Shown: piece by piece, positions 61,471-64,000 of the stretch
Layout: every line of letters starts with the position of its first letter
How positions within the stretch are numbered: the first letter of the stretch is position 1
DNA from: Candidatus Bathyarchaeota archaeon
Lineage (GTDB): Archaea; Thermoproteota; Bathyarchaeia; Bathyarchaeales; Bathycorpusculaceae
Reading direction: 5' to 3'
NCBI GenBank assembly: GCA_963811105.1
Contig: CAWEPZ010000002.1
Location: 64,001 to 128,000 of the forward strand
DNA length: 64,000 bases
The notes under the pieces: generated by a model
What the model saw: the letters and a program-made list of their open reading frames with translations, nothing else
Told to the model about the DNA's origin: nothing
The model's database searches: none
Translations under genes and position numbers: made by a program

Positions 61471-62656
61471 TGTATGTTTTGTTTCTCCTGAATACTGGCC
61501 TCTATCTGGCGGAACAGGCGCTTATGTTTACTATCTTTCCAATGAACTTATTAAAAACAACTACAAGATCTGGGTGGTAACTGGCTCAAACCAGACCATA
61601 GACGTCAAAGTAAACGAGCAGTTGTACGTTTTCTTTCTTAAAATCCCAAGGACGCCAATAATAAAATCTTTTTTGCTTGCAGCCTCAAGCTACCGTAAAC
61701 TCAACAGCGTTCGTCATAGCGTCGATTTGGATATTACGCATGCTAACTTGCCTTTGACTCCGAATTTTGCTGTGCCCCCAAACTTTGGAAAAACCTTGAT
61801 TTGCACTGTACATTCAACATGGAAAGGCGAAGCAGAAGCAATAAAGGACGAGCCTTATAGTAGGCTGAACGCCAACGAGAAGTTCATGGTCAGCTTTAAC
61901 TGGTTTTTAAGGATTTTTGAAGAAAGAATGCTTGAGAAGGCACAGAAAATCATTGCTGTAAGTCATTTCACAAAACGCGAGTTAGTTGAGTACTACAAAA
62001 TTCCTGAGGACAAAATTCGGGTTATTCATAACGGCGTTGACGTGAAAAAATTCAAGCCCGCTCAGGATAAGCACAAAATCAAGCAAGAACTTGGGTTTGA
62101 CCCAGATGATTTACTTATTCTCTCCGTTGGGCGGCTTTATGCGCGCAAAGGCTTATTCACTCTTATTGAAAGCATGCCAGCCGTGATTCAGCGGTTCAAA
62201 AACGTGAAATTCGTGATTTCAGGCAAAGGGCAAAGCAACGAAATGAGAAAGCTGGTAGTTCACGCCGAAAAACTAGGGGTAGAAGATAACATAGTCTTCA
62301 CAGGTTATTACCCAGATAAGAAATTACCCAAACTCTATCAAGCCGCAGACGTGTTCGCCTTCTCCACTTTCTATGAGCATCATCCTTTTGCTGTTTTAGA
62401 GGCGCTTGCAACGGGCTTGCCTGTGGTGACAACTTGGGTTGGTGGAATTCCTGAAACTATTGAAAGTGGCAAAAACGGCTTTTTAGTTGAACCGTTCAAT
62501 TCTAAACAATTCGCAGAACGCATACTGTACCTACTTGAGCATCCCTCTGAGGCAGCCCAGATGGGTGCGTTTGCCAGAAAAACAATCCTTGAACATTTTG
62601 ACTGGAGAATAGTTGTTAAAGAAGCAATAAAAGTCTACGATGAAGTGCTCCGTTAA
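61463..62656 (+). CDS. GT4 glycosyltransferase
   Basis: P..GG, HNGVD, VGRL..RKG, E.....LEA.A.G.PVV. Confidence 0.9.
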   Translation: MRSVCFVSPEYWPLSGGTGAYVYYLSNELIKNNYKIWVVTGSNQTIDVKVNEQLYVFFLKIPRTPIIKSFLLAASSYRKLNSVRHSVDLDITHANLPLTPNFAVPPNFGKTLICTVHSTWKGEAEAIKDEPYSRLNANEKFMVSFNWFLRIFEERMLEKAQKIIAVSHFTKRELVEYYKIPEDKIRVIHNGVDVKKFKPAQDKHKIKQELGFDPDDLLILSVGRLYARKGLFTLIESMPAVIQRFKNVKFVISGKGQSNEMRKLVVHAEKLGVEDNIVFTGYYPDKKLPKLYQAADVFAFSTFYEHHPFAVLEALATGLPVVTTWVGGIPETIESGKNGFLVEPFNSKQFAERILYLLEHPSEAAQMGAFARKTILEHFDWRIVVKEAIKVYDEVLR

Positions 62657-63615
62657 GCGATTTCTATTGGCTCTTGTCTATATGCCTTGGTTATTTTCTG
62701 GAAAAGTTTCACAATATCCAAAGAGCAAAACAGAAACTTTGTTGCGTACTCATGCTGGTAAATCATCATCTGAGCTTTCACTGGCAAATCGATTCTTGGG
62801 GGCTCAAACCTATGTGCCACTTCGGACACCTGTAAACCTTCAACCGATATGGTTTGCTCTTGTAAGCCTGTTTTTTTGGCTATGTAGTTGAGATAGGTCT
62901 GTTTCCAATCTAACTCCATGATTTCTGTAGCGGTTATGTCTACAGCTAAAGCGTCGTTGCCAGTTATCATTAACCCCATTTTAACTGGTTTGCCTTTTGT
63001 TGGGCCGTTGCCTTCGATGCCTGTCCGTGCATCCATAATCGTTAATTGTGGCTTGAACAGGGTGTAAAGGCGATAGAACACTTCGGGCAAGTATGGATGC
63101 AAATAGATACGTTTGTTGCTGGGCACGCAGCCAAAGAGGTTTTTGACGGCGCCGCTATAAGCCATAAACTCATGAGTTTTCATCAAAGGCAAATCCACAA
63201 CAGCATCAGCCTCAAGAACGGTTTTGGGCAGAAACAGTCGGCTCAATGGAGTGTTGCCTTGAAATTTTACTTCAACAACTTTATCTTCTGACAAGTTGAT
63301 GACGCTGCCTCCTGCCGCTTTCACTGCAGCTTCGACGCCCGTTTTATCGAAGGCATTCCAGCAGGGGTAGTTGAACCCATTTGATTCGCCCACGATGACT
63401 TCACTGTTCCAATCCCGCAACAAGCCGACGAGTTGTTGTATCAATTTGGGACTCGTAACGACACCAGGCAGGTATTCGGGGTGACTTAGGTTTGGCTTAA
63501 TGAAAATTTTGTGTTTGCCTTGTAGCCCTGAATTGGTGACGGCTTCCTTTACAATATCACTTATATCGTCTTTTACACGAAAAATTTTGACGGTTTTTTG
63601 ATGTGCGCCGGGCAA
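62653..63615 (-). CDS. DUF362 family protein
   Basis: IKPNL, T.P, KTH......GAVKNLFG, EG.GP..G, D..A.D. Confidence 0.82.
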   Translation of the reverse strand: MPGAHQKTVKIFRVKDDISDIVKEAVTNSGLQGKHKIFIKPNLSHPEYLPGVVTSPKLIQQLVGLLRDWNSEVIVGESNGFNYPCWNAFDKTGVEAAVKAAGGSVINLSEDKVVEVKFQGNTPLSRLFLPKTVLEADAVVDLPLMKTHEFMAYSGAVKNLFGCVPSNKRIYLHPYLPEVFYRLYTLFKPQLTIMDARTGIEGNGPTKGKPVKMGLMITGNDALAVDITATEIMELDWKQTYLNYIAKKTGLQEQTISVEGLQVSEVAHRFEPPRIDLPVKAQMMIYQHEYATKFLFCSLDIVKLFQKITKAYRQEPIEIA

Positions 63616-63617
63616 TA

Positions 63618-64000
63618 TTATGCTCCTCTTGTTTGTTTTCCCATTATACAGCCCGGGTCAGAATCCAGCATGTCACCGTTATGGTATGCTGCTGAACGTG
63701 CTCTGCATCCCCCACAGATGTATTTGTAAGTACATTTTCCGCAGGCGCCTTTGAGGTTTGCTCGGTTTCTGAAGGAGATGAAGAGTGGTGCGTTTAACCA
63801 TATGTCTTGGAACTTTTTGGTTTTCAAGTTGCCAACATTTACTGGCAAGAAGACACATGGGTGAACATCTCCCTGTGGCGACAACGAACAATACAGCCTT
63901 CCTGCCCCACATCCGCCTATGAAGTCTGCCAGTGGCACAGCTTTCTTGGTTACTTTAACTGTTTGTAAGTGCGCCATAGACATTGTTACTTCGCCGGTAC
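63618..64000 (-). CDS. Radical SAM/SPASM protein, C-terminal part (runs off the window)
   Basis: CGAGR.Y.....G.V.PC and G.CG.C.Y...CGGCRAR......D..C. Confidence 0.8.
   Translation of the reverse strand, partial: TGEVTMSMAHLQTVKVTKKAVPLADFIGGCGAGRLYCSLSPQGDVHPCVFLPVNVGNLKTKKFQDIWLNAPLFISFRNRANLKGACGKCTYKYICGGCRARSAAYHNGDMLDSDPGCIMGKQTRGA

Overview
Archaeal chromosomal window. TFB, Gar1, L7Ae/S28e/L24e, archease/RtcB and oligo-T terminators make the domain clear; the gene families and frequent TTG starts suggest Bathyarchaeia, which is inference. 0-17.4 kb is mostly core: a transcription/ribosomal block, a lysine DAP-aminotransferase operon (dapA-dapB-asd-lysA-dapF-dapL), a broken IS110 element with a structured bridge-RNA-like 5' end, a bacterial-type NAD(P) methylene-H4MPT dehydrogenase, an M42 peptidase, archease, adk, an MBL hydrolase and rtcB. 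17.4-26.3 kb is an accessory zone with decayed genes (tyrosine recombinase, Cren7-like protein) and hypotheticals. A ~4.9 kb element is integrated at tRNA-Gly(TCC) (26526-31425). Its SSV1-type integrase is split, with the start codon and N-terminus encoded antisense in the tRNA 3' end, and its cargo looks defence-like. 33.8-64 kb is a dense metalloenzyme region: a stand-alone RnfD-ferredoxin fusion, eight radical SAM genes (five cobalamin-binding, two SPASM, one HemN-like), cbiB, a cobD-like gene, a Dph6-like ATPase, a methyltransferase, three glycosyltransferases, DUF362 and two large beta-propeller surface proteins. No CRISPR array or rRNA was seen. All calls come from motif recognition by eye; no searches were run.
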